A program made the position numbers and the translations under genes. This document shows positions 48,156 to 58,363 of a DNA stretch of 64,000 nt, piece after piece; the stretch's first letter is position 1, and every line of letters begins with the position of its first letter. This DNA is from Armatimonadota bacterium. Its GTDB lineage: Bacteria; Armatimonadota; HRBIN16. Location of the stretch: the NCBI GenBank assembly GCA_963677485.1, contig OY781964.1, positions 1,856,001-1,920,000 on the forward strand. The letters run 5' to 3'. The notes under the pieces were generated by a model, which saw only the letters and a program-made list of their open reading frames with translations, ran no database searches and was not told the DNA's origin.

Positions 48156-48828
48156 GGCTATCCGCCAGACCGGCGCGGTCTTGGGACTTCCGCCACCGCT
48201 AGCGTACCGCCAGACCGCCCCGGACAGTGGCAATTGGGTACCCATCCACGTCATCCTTGGTTCAGACAATCCGCGTTCATCTGTGTCCATTCGTGTCTAT
48301 CGGTGTAAATTCGTGGTTGAAAATGAATCCATAACTATTTCGTGCCAATCGCCCCCTGCTACGAAAAAAGACCGGCGCGGTCTTGAGCCTTCTGCATCCG
48401 CTAACCTACAGCCAGACCGCCCCGGACATAGCCAATTGGGCTGTGGTGTGCTCACGACAATCCGCGTTTATCTGTGTCCATTCGTGTCTATCGGCGTTTA
48501 TTCGTGGTTAAGAAATGAATCCAAACAATTTCGTGCCAATCGCCCCCTGCTACGAAAAAAGACCGGCGCGGTCTTGAGCCTTCTGCATCCGCTAGCGTAC
48601 CGCCAGACCGCCCCGGACAGTGGCATTTGGGCACCCATCCATGTCATCCGTGGTTCAGACAATCGGCGTTCATCTGTGTCCATTCGTGTTTATCGGTGTT
48701 AATTCGTGGTTAAGAATTGAATCCAAAACAATTTCGTGCCAATCGCTCCCTGCTTAGGAAAAAGACCGGCGCGGTCTCGAGCCTTCTGCAGCCATGAGCC
48801 TGCGCGCAGACCTCCCCGGACAGTGGCA
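48156..48828. repeat. Tandem array of ~200-bp composite units (family A + family B modules)
   Basis: AGACCGGCGCGGTCT starts at 48167, 48369, 48560 and 48763 (periods 202, 191, 203). The linkers are homologous. Confidence 0.88.
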
Positions 48829-49076
48829 ATGCGTGGCTGCAACGTAAGCGAACAGTTGGTGGTGCCGATTCTATGTCTTCTATTGACCAAATGCAGGCTA
48901 GCAGTTATCATATTTGAGGCATATAGGCATTTGGGAACAAAATACATGGTAATTTCCGTCTATATTTCACAGGACGTAAACATTGGTCGTCAGGTTAAGG
49001 TATAACTAACATATCATCACCCCCCGCCCAAAGGGGCCTGTCAACGCACACTCCGTGCGGGAAAGGGGCAAACACA

Positions 49077-49562
49077 ATGAGCACGACACACCTAAGAGGC
49101 TTTCTTCTCACTGAAGAGGGCCATGAAACACTAAAAAAAGAGCTGGAGCATCTGGTCAGCGTCGGTCGAAAAGAGATTGCCGACCGCATCCGTACCGCCA
49201 AAGAGTTCGGGGAGATCACAGATAATCCCGAGTATGATGATGCCAAAAACCAGCAAGCCTACATAGAGGGCCGGATCGAGGAGCTTCATAGCTTCCTGGA
49301 CAATGCGTATACTATAAACAGTGACAGCATCACCACCGATACTGTGGGATTCGGCTCGGTCGTTACAGTTTACGACGCCGACAACGACGATGAGTGGACT
49401 TTTCGACTGGTCAGCGCGCCTGAGGCTGGCGATGACGATGATCTGCTATCGATTGACTCTCCTCTAGGCAAGGCACTGGTAGGGCACGCCCCAGGCGAAT
49501 CGCTGGAGGTAAAAGCCCCCGCAGGTACGGTGAGAATTAAGATATTGGGTATTTCAAAATAG
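49077..49562 (+). CDS. greA: Transcription elongation factor GreA
   Basis: AKEFGEITDNPEYDDAK, SIDSPLGKALVG. Confidence 0.93.
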   Translation: MSTTHLRGFLLTEEGHETLKKELEHLVSVGRKEIADRIRTAKEFGEITDNPEYDDAKNQQAYIEGRIEELHSFLDNAYTINSDSITTDTVGFGSVVTVYDADNDDEWTFRLVSAPEAGDDDDLLSIDSPLGKALVGHAPGESLEVKAPAGTVRIKILGISK

Positions 49563-51068
49563 ATGGAACAGACAACCGTACAGGACCTGAACGATCAGAT
49601 GATGCGCCGCCGCGAAAAGCTGGCGGCGCTAGTCGACATGGGGCTCAACCCATACGCAATAGAGGCCTTCGAGCGCACACACACCTGCCAGAAGGTTCAT
49701 GATGAATTTGAGGCACTGACCGAGCAGCAAGTCGCGGTGTGCGGTCGTGTCGTGGCATTACGCCATATGGGCAAAGCGGCCTTCCTGCATGTGGAGGACT
49801 GGAGCGGAAAAATCCAGGCCTACCTGCGTAAGGACGACATCGGCGAAGACAAATGGCCGGTCGTGAAGCTGCTGGACCTCGGTGACTATATCGGTGTGAC
49901 CGGTAAGCCGTTCATCACCAAAACCGGTGAGCAGTCCATCCACGCCGAAAGTGTGTTGGTGCTCAGCAAATGCCTGCGCCCTATTCCTTACGGCAAAGAG
50001 AAGGAAGGGCAGAACTGGAACACGCTCCAGGACGTGGAGATACGCTATCGCCAGCGCTATCTTGACCTGCTGACCAACGATGAGGGCCGCAACCGGCTGG
50101 TACAGCGCTGCCACATCATATCGGAGGTTCGCCGCTGGCTGGATGACCGCGGCTTCCTGGAGGTCGAAACCCCCATGCTGCAGGAAGTGGCAGGCGGGGC
50201 CGCCGCCCGGCCTTTCATGACGCACCACAACGCGCTGGATTTCGACTTCAAGCTGCGCATCAGCATCGAGCTCTACCTGAAGCGACTGATCGTGGGCAAC
50301 ATCGAAAAGGTGTATGAAATCGGCAAGGTGTTCCGCAACGAGGGCATGGACCGCCGTCATAACCCGGAGTTCACTCTGCTGGAGCTGTATCAAGCCTACG
50401 TGAACCTGGAAGAGATGATGGAGATCACCGAACAACTTTTCTACACATGCTGTATGAAGCTGCACGGTGTGCCGTACATCGAAGTGGCCGGCGAGAAGGT
50501 AGACTTCACCCCGCCGTGGCCCCGCCGCAGCATGATGTCGCTGATTGAGGAGTATGCCGGGGTCAAGCCGGAAGAGCTTGCGACATTTGATACCGCTTGT
50601 GCCGCGATGAAGCGATGCGGCCTGCCTACCGCTGACGAGAACCAGGTGGGCGGAATCATGGAGAAGCTGCTGGAGCGGTTTGTTCAGCCCAGAATGATTC
50701 AGCCGATCTTCATCACCGATCATCCGCTGGAGACGTCCCCTCTGGCTAAGAAGAAGCAGGATGATCCTACGCTCACACGCCGTTTTGAGGCCTATATGCT
50801 GGGCCAAGAGGTAGCTAACGCCTTTAGCGAGTTGAACGACCCTGACGACCAACGTGAGCGGTTTATGGAGCAATTGCGCATGAGGGCTGCCGGTGATGAT
50901 GAGGCCCATCCGCTTGATGAAGACTTCCTGCAGTGCCTGGAATACGGCATGCCGCCTACGGGTGGTTTGGGGATTGGCATGGACCGCATGGCCATCATCC
51001 TGACAGCCGCCGATAGCATCCAGGATGTGATGTTCTTCCCTGCCATGAAGCCGAAGTCACAAGGCTAG
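49563..51068 (+). CDS. lysS: Lysine--tRNA ligase (class II)
   Basis: RYRQRYLDL, EVETPML, GGAAARPF, FRNEG, HNPEFT, YGMPPTGGLGIGMDR. Confidence 0.97.
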   Translation: MEQTTVQDLNDQMMRRREKLAALVDMGLNPYAIEAFERTHTCQKVHDEFEALTEQQVAVCGRVVALRHMGKAAFLHVEDWSGKIQAYLRKDDIGEDKWPVVKLLDLGDYIGVTGKPFITKTGEQSIHAESVLVLSKCLRPIPYGKEKEGQNWNTLQDVEIRYRQRYLDLLTNDEGRNRLVQRCHIISEVRRWLDDRGFLEVETPMLQEVAGGAAARPFMTHHNALDFDFKLRISIELYLKRLIVGNIEKVYEIGKVFRNEGMDRRHNPEFTLLELYQAYVNLEEMMEITEQLFYTCCMKLHGVPYIEVAGEKVDFTPPWPRRSMMSLIEEYAGVKPEELATFDTACAAMKRCGLPTADENQVGGIMEKLLERFVQPRMIQPIFITDHPLETSPLAKKKQDDPTLTRRFEAYMLGQEVANAFSELNDPDDQRERFMEQLRMRAAGDDEAHPLDEDFLQCLEYGMPPTGGLGIGMDRMAIILTAADSIQDVMFFPAMKPKSQG

Positions 51069-51090
51069 AATCCCGCAGGGTAGCCGCCTT

Positions 51091-51129
51091 AAGTCCGTCG
51101 ACCAGTTATTAGCTGGCCGGCGGACTTTT
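51091..51129 (+). terminator. Hairpin terminator between convergent lysS and radical SAM genes
   Basis: AAGTCCGTCGACCAGT...GCTGGCCGGCGGACTT followed by TT. Confidence 0.6.
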
Positions 51130-51225
51130 ACATTTATAGGACCGGTAGGATGAGTAAGACGAGTAGGACAGTGGAATACCCAGCGGTTCTCTCCTGCTCT
51201 CCTACCCTCCGATACTCCTCTTCTC

Positions 51226-52317
51226 CTACCCTCCTACCTTCTCCAGCAAAACCAGCCCTGGCTCACCACCCTCCACACTACCGCTCAGAATATAGCTCAC
51301 AGCCGGGCAGCCGGCATCACACGCCACCTGCTCGCTGCAGCCATTACAGCCCTCCGGCTTGAACTCACGCAGCACATGCTGCATCCACAACGGGTGCTGG
51401 GGGAAATCCTGGCACTGCGTGTAGTGACCCAGCCGCACCGGCGAGTGGTTGCACACCCGCACGTAACCCGAGGGGTCGACCGCCACGAAGTTGTGAACCG
51501 CGGAACACTGACTGGCCACATACAGATGCTTCAACTCCAAACCGCGAATCGCACAAGCGGGCAGCTCCGTACCCATCGAGCCATACCGACCGGCATCAAC
51601 CAGAGCCGATTCGGCGGTGAGCAGCGCCTCGCGCAGCTCGTCATTACTTAACGACAGCATCTCCCGATAGCCCAACCCCCTGCCGCCTGGCATGAAGCGG
51701 TTGAGCAGCAACTGGTCGGCCCCGGCCAGCAGACCCTCGGCGATGTTCTGGTAGAGTTCTTGCAGGTTGAGTTTGGTCACGGTGACCGCCACCGTGACCA
51801 GCAAGCCAGCGGCTTTGGCCACTCGGATGGCGTTCAACGCGCTCTGCACATCGCCACCGCCGGTGAGCTGTTCAAAGCTGCGCCATCCCGGCAGCGAGAC
51901 GGTCAACTGCAAGCCGCACTCCGCCGCGACAGCCGCGAACGCCTCATCAACCAGCCGACCATTGGTGTTCATGTGCAGTGTCGGAGGGGCTTGAGTGGCC
52001 ACAAGCTCGCCATCCACCGTCCGGAAGTGCGTGCCGGTGGCAGTGGCCGAGTGGCGCAGTATCTCCAGGATGTCCGGCCGCAACAGCGGTTCGCCGCCCG
52101 TGAAGGAGAGATGGCTGACACCCATTTCCAACAGATTGTCGATCATCTGCTTGACCTGCTGGGTGTCCTGCTCAGGCAGTCGCTCGAAGCTGCCATCGGG
52201 GGCATCCCAAGGGCAGGAGCAGAACAGGCAGCTATGGTTGCATCGGTAGGTGAGTTCCAGTGCAACGGTAGGAGGAAGCGGCGAGGGCATCAGCACCCCG
52301 CTACTTTTTTGGTTCAT
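51226..52317 (-). CDS. Radical SAM/SPASM domain protein
   Basis: CNHSCLFC (CX3CX2C), TGGEPL, TNG; SPASM C...DPSG.V..C and CNGC-x5-C-x3-C. Confidence 0.92.
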   Translation of the reverse strand: MNQKSSGVLMPSPLPPTVALELTYRCNHSCLFCSCPWDAPDGSFERLPEQDTQQVKQMIDNLLEMGVSHLSFTGGEPLLRPDILEILRHSATATGTHFRTVDGELVATQAPPTLHMNTNGRLVDEAFAAVAAECGLQLTVSLPGWRSFEQLTGGGDVQSALNAIRVAKAAGLLVTVAVTVTKLNLQELYQNIAEGLLAGADQLLLNRFMPGGRGLGYREMLSLSNDELREALLTAESALVDAGRYGSMGTELPACAIRGLELKHLYVASQCSAVHNFVAVDPSGYVRVCNHSPVRLGHYTQCQDFPQHPLWMQHVLREFKPEGCNGCSEQVACDAGCPAVSYILSGSVEGGEPGLVLLEKVGG

Positions 52318-52861
52318 GATCCATACCTAACAGTTGCCGCAGTTTCGGGGCTACTTCCGACAGCGGGGTAAGGCCCGCATATCGCTTGCCCTGGAACAGG
52401 CAGAGCAACTGGTAGATCGCTTCCGGTTGCTCCAGGTCCGCCCGATGGGCATTCCCCTTGCGGTCGGTGGTGACCAGCACGGCATAGTAGCCTGTCTTGC
52501 CCTTGGAGCAGCGTGAGCAGAGCGTTGTTTCGTCCAGCGAGATACGTATCTGCGCGCGGACCGCTGCCAGCCGGGCGTTGAGCGGTTTGACTTCACGACG
52601 GGCCGCTGAGAGTTCCAGAATGTAGTCTTTATGAAAATCGGTGAAGACTGTTCGTGCGCCGCATTTCGGGCAGAGGTAGTCCACACGATCGGGCGGCATG
52701 GCCACATCGTAGCACATGGCGGACTGCACCACCTCGTAGCGTTCGGCCTTCTCAAGCTGGTCAAGGCGCGCTTTGATCTGCTGTGCGGTTTGCAGCGGGA
52801 CGCGGTCTACTTTTTTCGCCGCGTCACTGTCGCTGATACGCTTTACTGGCTCATTTCTCAT
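52301..52861 (-). CDS. QSAMCY / double-CxxC protein, paralogue B (putative radical SAM substrate)
   Basis: VVQSAMCY, YLCPKCG, LCSRC. Overlaps the radical SAM start by 17 bp. Confidence 0.8.
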   Translation of the reverse strand: MRNEPVKRISDSDAAKKVDRVPLQTAQQIKARLDQLEKAERYEVVQSAMCYDVAMPPDRVDYLCPKCGARTVFTDFHKDYILELSAARREVKPLNARLAAVRAQIRISLDETTLCSRCSKGKTGYYAVLVTTDRKGNAHRADLEQPEAIYQLLCLFQGKRYAGLTPLSEVAPKLRQLLGMDHEPKK

Positions 52862-52982
52862 AGCTTACCCTTTCGAGATTTTTTACCATCCGATGAGATT
52901 TTCGATTCTTTTTACTTCGTCACGCAACTGCACGTAACCATATTTCTGCCTGCGACACCATTTTACATATAGCAGACTTTCA

Positions 52983-53531
52983 TCAATGCTCCAAACCCAT
53001 CAATTTAGTTAGTCGTTCCGAAATATCGCCCAGGCTGACTAGCTTTGAATACCTCTTACCCTTAAGCAGACATTGGATGGCTTGCAAATCGGTGGGATAC
53101 TCGATATCAGCTCGATGCACGTTCTTACGCTTATCCGTCGTCACCAAAGATGCACGGTTGCCGGGCTTTTCTTTGGCGCAGCGAGCGCACAACGGAGATT
53201 CATCAAGCGTGAAGTGTAGTTCAGACTTCAACTTATCAGACAGCCTGTTCAGCTCCGGAATTGTGCTTCGAGCCGACTCGATACCACGAATGTAACTCAC
53301 CATACTCTCCGTAAACACCGTGCGCGCACCGCACTTGGGACAGAGGTAGTCCACACGAGTGGCTGGAGCGGCAGGTTTGTAGCACATGGCGGACTGCACG
53401 ACCACATATTGCTCACCGCGTTTAAGTTGGGCCAGCCGTTGTTTGATTTCACTGCGAGTGCGCATCGGAACACGATCGACGATCTTCTCAGCCTGGATTT
53501 CGGGAATCTGTTTCACTGGCTCAGTTCTCAT
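52983..53531 (-). CDS. QSAMCY / double-CxxC protein, paralogue A (putative radical SAM substrate)
   Basis: VVQSAMCY, YLCPKCG, LCARC. Colinear with paralogue B. Confidence 0.8.
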   Translation of the reverse strand: MRTEPVKQIPEIQAEKIVDRVPMRTRSEIKQRLAQLKRGEQYVVVQSAMCYKPAAPATRVDYLCPKCGARTVFTESMVSYIRGIESARSTIPELNRLSDKLKSELHFTLDESPLCARCAKEKPGNRASLVTTDKRKNVHRADIEYPTDLQAIQCLLKGKRYSKLVSLGDISERLTKLMGLEH

Positions 53532-53726
53532 AGCTTACCCTTTCGAGAGTGTATGCTTTTATGACGGTATCCTGCGCTGTTGGTTACATTTCGGGTGATC
53601 TTGTTCAGGGCAGGCACGGGGGCCTGCCCCTACGGTTGTGACCATACCCATATGACATGTCAGACGAGGTGGACGAGTAGGACTGGTGTGTTTCTTCCGT
53701 CTCCGGCTCTCCTATTCTCCCATCTC

Positions 53727-54800
53727 CTAACTCCTCCAAAAGAACGCGTAACGCTCCATCGCGTCCATCAGCGCGTTGGCGTTCTCCAGCGGTACGCCGT
53801 GATACAGGCCGTAGACCATCATCAGCCCGCCTTGAGGGCTGCCCAACTCGGACACTTCTTCGCGGATCATCTCGTCAATCTGCGCTGGCGTGCCAAACCG
53901 CGTGGTCTTCTGACGGTCGATATCCAGCTCGATGCAGACCTTCCCCTTGACGTTCTGCTTGATCCAGTCGATGCCGTTGACCAGGTCCTGCAGGTTCATG
54001 ACATCCACTCCGCCATCTACGATGTCGGCATACAGGCTGCGGATATCGCCATCGGAGTGCATGTGGACCAGGCAACCGGCCTCTTTGGCCGGCTTCATCA
54101 ATCGCTGGTAACTCGGCTTGATATACTTTCGGAAGTGCGCAGGCGAGAGCATCGGGCCGTTTTGCATGCCCAGGTCTTCCGCGTAGCCCATCGTGTCGGG
54201 AGCCAAACGAACGTAACGCTTTACCAGACCAAGGTTGAACTGCTCTACCATCTCGATCAGCACGTCCAGCCTCGGATCCTCATCGGCCATATCATACATG
54301 AGGTTCTGGTAACCCCTGATATCCACCAACTGCAGGAAGGTGTGTCCATGCCGCAGGCCAGCCGCACACAGCGAGCCGTTGGCTTTCGTTTGCTCAAAGG
54401 ACTTTGCGGTCTGCTCCCAGTCGATAGGCCCTATCCCCATGCATGTTTCGGGATCGGGCGCGATGTAACCTTGCAGGCTGTCCCAGTTCTCCAGCGGGTG
54501 TTTCGTGACCACGCCCACGATACCCGCCTCAGAGGTTTCCCAGAAGCATCCCCAGTCGTCCGTGTAGGTGATGTTCCCGCTTTGCTTGGGAGACGGCGTA
54601 AATCCTTCTGGCGGCAACCAGACCGAGGGGTCGGGATACAGTAACGGGTGAGACAGGATCAACTCCTTCAAGGCGTCTACGGGGTAGTTGTTCCAGCAAG
54701 CCCCATTGATGTGGAAGGCCATCGGAATGAAGTCTGGCTTCTCAAAACGCACCGCGCGCAGATAGTTCTGTCGCCTTTCCGATTCTGATATCTTTGTCAT
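53727..54800 (-). CDS. Uroporphyrinogen decarboxylase / MtaA-CmuA-like family protein
   Basis: DDWG..W, HPL, AEDLG.Q...LSP, HSDG, GTP. Confidence 0.85.
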   Translation of the reverse strand: MTKISESERRQNYLRAVRFEKPDFIPMAFHINGACWNNYPVDALKELILSHPLLYPDPSVWLPPEGFTPSPKQSGNITYTDDWGCFWETSEAGIVGVVTKHPLENWDSLQGYIAPDPETCMGIGPIDWEQTAKSFEQTKANGSLCAAGLRHGHTFLQLVDIRGYQNLMYDMADEDPRLDVLIEMVEQFNLGLVKRYVRLAPDTMGYAEDLGMQNGPMLSPAHFRKYIKPSYQRLMKPAKEAGCLVHMHSDGDIRSLYADIVDGGVDVMNLQDLVNGIDWIKQNVKGKVCIELDIDRQKTTRFGTPAQIDEMIREEVSELGSPQGGLMMVYGLYHGVPLENANALMDAMERYAFFWRS

Positions 54801-54899
54801 AGGGATGCCTTTCGTCGTGGTTTTGTCAATTTAAGAGGTCGGACCCACCCACATGTCATTTCATATTCCTCATCCTGGCTATAGACTTCTGTCCCCATG

Positions 54900-56954
54900 C
54901 TATTTGACAAACCGCACGCTGAGCTGCCGAGAGGCCGGCACGCGAACCACCACAACCCCCTTCAGTTCATCGGATACCACGAGCTTGAGTACCTTGCCGG
55001 TGCGAGCGTCCACCACTCGCGAGAAATCGGCAGGCTGGGCGAACTCTACCTGCTTCACGCCGATCGGGCCGGTGAACACCACATCGATGCGGCGTGAGCC
55101 GTTCGCCTCGGGGCTGATGCTGACACTCAGGCGGCTGCCCTCCGAATTCGGCAGCTTGATCTTGGATATCTCAAGCTTATCCGCCTTCACCGCCTCCGGA
55201 ATGAGCGGAAAGACACGCAGACGGTTGGCGATCTGGTCGTAATCTACACCGAATAGTTTCTCCACCACGCACTGGATCCACTGCGAGGCCGACCAGCCGT
55301 AACGCTGCACGCCCTCACCGCTCCCGGTGGTGGGGTGCAGGAACTCCGTCCAGCGCCGGTTGAACTGCTTGATGGTCATCCAGTTCAGTTCCGCTGAAAG
55401 GTCGTAACGCCCCACGTCTCTCAGACCGTCGATCACGGGCAGGTTGCGCATCGTCCAGATATCGCCCCACCAGGCACGGCCATCGTAAGGTCCGGTCGCC
55501 TCCACATAGCGAGGTTCAGTCTTGGCCAGGCTGGTGATAGCCACTCCGCCCCAGTTGAACAGCTTGGGATCAAGTAGCTGCGGAATCAGCTTACCGACCT
55601 GCGCTTCTGAGGCCGTATTCAAACGCATCGGGTCAAAGGTTGTGCAGATGAGTTGCGGGTCGTGCTCACGTGTCTGCACGTTCACATTGAAGTAGTCACC
55701 GCGTGTGTTATCCCAGCTATATTTGTTTAGTGCCGATTGAAGTTCACGCTTTTGCTTCTCGTAGTAGTCTGCTTGCTCGGTATGTCCTAAGGCGCGTGCC
55801 AGTTTGGACACGTTGTCGCATCCGATAATGACCGCCATATTGGTATCCACCGGCGCCACCGTTTGGGAGGTGGGGATATCTGCACCGAGACTCTCCTCGA
55901 AGATGGCGGTGATGAGCTTCGTCTTGGCATCGCGCTTCACGGGGGAGAGCCACCAGTCCAGATAGCCCTTCAGACAAGCGTAGACGTCTTCGCGGGTTTT
56001 GATGTCGCCGCTGCGCCGCGCCACATCGTAAGCGGCCTCGAACAGCCGAGGGGTGCTGCTCTGCTCGCCCATGGTGCCCCTGACCGAGGCTGAGCCCCAC
56101 AGGTCGATGCGGCCATCGGGGTTCAACGCCTGCACGGCGGCGAATCCCCGGCACATCTGCTCAGCCAGTTGCGGGTTGGCCCACTTCGTGCCGATGATGT
56201 TCAATCCGCTGTCCAGTTGCCACCAGTTCTCGCCGTAAGCTCCGCCAGGCCCCATCACAGGCGTGGGGAAGCCCTGCACCGGCACGCTGGTGATCAAACA
56301 CTCATCCAGCACCTTGAAGGCGTCTGCAAAGTCGGCTTGAGTCACGCCTGCTATCTGCACTACCGGCACCACCGCCGGGCTGCACACATCCGGGCGGGGA
56401 AGTTTGGGCCGTGGGTCGCCCTTGGCAAACCGGATGCTGCGGATCCACATATCGCCAGCCCGCGCCAGACAAATCGGCCTAATGCGGATCTGGTCAATGG
56501 GCTTGCCCCAAGCTCCGTCCACATGAACCACCACCTCTTGCCACTCCTTGCAGTAGGACTTCATGGTGAAGCGGATCACGCCGGCATCTTGCGTGGGGTT
56601 GTCTGGATGGCGCCAGAACAGGAAGCCGTCGGTCTCTGGCGACTGGTTGAGCATGGTGATGATCACCTTGTTATAGCTCTCGTATGGGATATTCAAACCG
56701 TGCGGCGAGTCGATCTCACCCATCGGCGGAGCGTAGGTCTGGTTGGGGATCGCCGCATAGTCGTAATTCGCAGGCAGATTCGCCCTCAGGCGCATCGATC
56801 CGCCCATGATGCTGGCACTCAGGTTCGGTGCGATCGTCCAGCCCAGTGAGTCTCCGCTGCGGCTAAACTGCCACATCGGTGCATCGGCCTGTGCGGCCAT
56901 CGAAATCATGCATGGAGCGGCTATCAGTGCCAAGATAAGTATTATCGTCTTCAT
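54900..56954 (-). CDS. Secreted (alpha/alpha)6 glycoside hydrolase (GH63/MGH1-like)
   Basis: Signal peptide, W.LDS, VDTN, WWGDIW, YGWSA. Confidence 0.65.
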   Translation of the reverse strand: MKTIILILALIAAPCMISMAAQADAPMWQFSRSGDSLGWTIAPNLSASIMGGSMRLRANLPANYDYAAIPNQTYAPPMGEIDSPHGLNIPYESYNKVIITMLNQSPETDGFLFWRHPDNPTQDAGVIRFTMKSYCKEWQEVVVHVDGAWGKPIDQIRIRPICLARAGDMWIRSIRFAKGDPRPKLPRPDVCSPAVVPVVQIAGVTQADFADAFKVLDECLITSVPVQGFPTPVMGPGGAYGENWWQLDSGLNIIGTKWANPQLAEQMCRGFAAVQALNPDGRIDLWGSASVRGTMGEQSSTPRLFEAAYDVARRSGDIKTREDVYACLKGYLDWWLSPVKRDAKTKLITAIFEESLGADIPTSQTVAPVDTNMAVIIGCDNVSKLARALGHTEQADYYEKQKRELQSALNKYSWDNTRGDYFNVNVQTREHDPQLICTTFDPMRLNTASEAQVGKLIPQLLDPKLFNWGGVAITSLAKTEPRYVEATGPYDGRAWWGDIWTMRNLPVIDGLRDVGRYDLSAELNWMTIKQFNRRWTEFLHPTTGSGEGVQRYGWSASQWIQCVVEKLFGVDYDQIANRLRVFPLIPEAVKADKLEISKIKLPNSEGSRLSVSISPEANGSRRIDVVFTGPIGVKQVEFAQPADFSRVVDARTGKVLKLVVSDELKGVVVVRVPASRQLSVRFVK

Positions 56955-57121
56955 AGAACCTCCCGAATAACCCGGCTATACGCCTAGTGAGTTAGTCAGG
57001 GGTAACATTCGGCATGTTGTGCTTGCATCCCTGCATGGGTGTCTCTGCAAGCCGCACTTTATCCGTCAGGTTCCGATATGCTACACTACAACGGAAACGT
57101 CAATTATCAAGGTGAAGGCTT

Positions 57122-58138
57122 GTGATTAAGAAGTGGAACCTGTCTGACAAGTACGCCGACTGGCTGATGATGGCATCAATGGGAAGCAAATTCTTGGTGT
57201 TTATGGGCACCGCGTTCATGATCTCTGCCCTGGTAGACCCAAAATACTGCGAAGTATGCATGATCATCGCCCTTTGTGCTTATGTAATCCAGATACCAAT
57301 AATGAACACCCGTAGTTTTGAACCATTTACGTTGACATATTCCCACACCTACCCGGCGATATTCAAGGTTGCTCACTCTGACACCGCACCACACTATGTG
57401 TGCAGTTCTGACGATCCATTACTGGATACTGATATACTTTCCGAAGGCCGTACCAGTGCGTTCGGTGGGTTTTTATTTATAGTTGGTGTCATGTGTCATG
57501 CGGAACATAACTACGTCTGTTCGATACCACTCACATTTATCGGACTGACCATGGCCCTTCAAACATCGACATTTGTGCGACGCTGGATGCGTGGGCGTCG
57601 ATGGGGCGTGAAGGGCTGGCATATCGATGGGCTATATGCGTTGTTCGAGTTGCCTGGGTTGGTATTTAACCGCATCTCCGAAAAAGAGAAACTGGTTTTT
57701 GTCACCTGCTGGCCAGATAACACACAGGACGCATTTAGTGCCGCGGTTTGTGATCGTCGGCCATCGATGTACCTGGTGGGATGGCGTTATGTGTTGCCCG
57801 TCAGCTACGATTCGGAGAAGAACGCCGAGGTTCGTGAGCAGATGGTACAACAGCTATTTGGGCGTAGTTTGCCGCTAGTTGAGTTACCCCAGGAAGTCAT
57901 GCCCCAACCACGACCTACCCGGACGATCGTGACCGCAATGGTTTTATCGGCCCTAGGGTATTACTTCTTGCTTGGCTTCTTATTCCGGCTAGGCCGCCCC
58001 AATATCGAGTTGTTGCGCATGTCCCTGCCACTCCAATCGGTCATCTGCTCGTGGTTGACCATGCTGGCATATGCACATTGCCTTCAGGTTTCAGGCCGCA
58101 GACGCCTTAAGGCGGCAGCTTCAAGCTGGTGGACTTAG
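57122..58138 (+). CDS. Hypothetical membrane protein
   Basis: 338-aa ORF with several hydrophobic segments and no recognisable motif. Confidence 0.6.
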   Translation: MIKKWNLSDKYADWLMMASMGSKFLVFMGTAFMISALVDPKYCEVCMIIALCAYVIQIPIMNTRSFEPFTLTYSHTYPAIFKVAHSDTAPHYVCSSDDPLLDTDILSEGRTSAFGGFLFIVGVMCHAEHNYVCSIPLTFIGLTMALQTSTFVRRWMRGRRWGVKGWHIDGLYALFELPGLVFNRISEKEKLVFVTCWPDNTQDAFSAAVCDRRPSMYLVGWRYVLPVSYDSEKNAEVREQMVQQLFGRSLPLVELPQEVMPQPRPTRTIVTAMVLSALGYYFLLGFLFRLGRPNIELLRMSLPLQSVICSWLTMLAYAHCLQVSGRRRLKAAASSWWT

Positions 58139-58363
58139 GCTGGCGAAGCAGGGCAGGCAACCTAAGTTTCTTTTTACATATAGGTAACTACTCAGCCATA
58201 GTTGACGGGTTCCATCAACCTGCTGAAGCAGGCTTCGTCACCCGTCCCTCATCAGATGGCTGTCCGCTGAAGCGGACGCATTCCGGATTCCCTCGGCAGC
58301 GTGGCTGGTGGCTTTCGATCCACACCACCGGCACTTGGCGACGGGTTCCGTGGCCCGTCCGCG

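Noticed and set aside
48154-48702. 182-aa ORF, and similar ORFs at 58533-59027, 18964-19410 and 5806-6131
   Set aside because: These are translations of repeat arrays; the same peptide fragments recur wherever the repeats occur.
48156-48828. Possible CRISPR array (also 58364-58785)
   Set aside because: The period is ~200 bp, the intervening sequences are homologous to each other rather than unique spacers, and no cas genes are in the window.
49758-50909. Long antisense ORFs (also 53580-54644, 58963-59961, 18048-18719 and 52-504)
   Set aside because: They are shadows of well-supported genes on the opposite strand in GC-rich codon usage and have no motifs.
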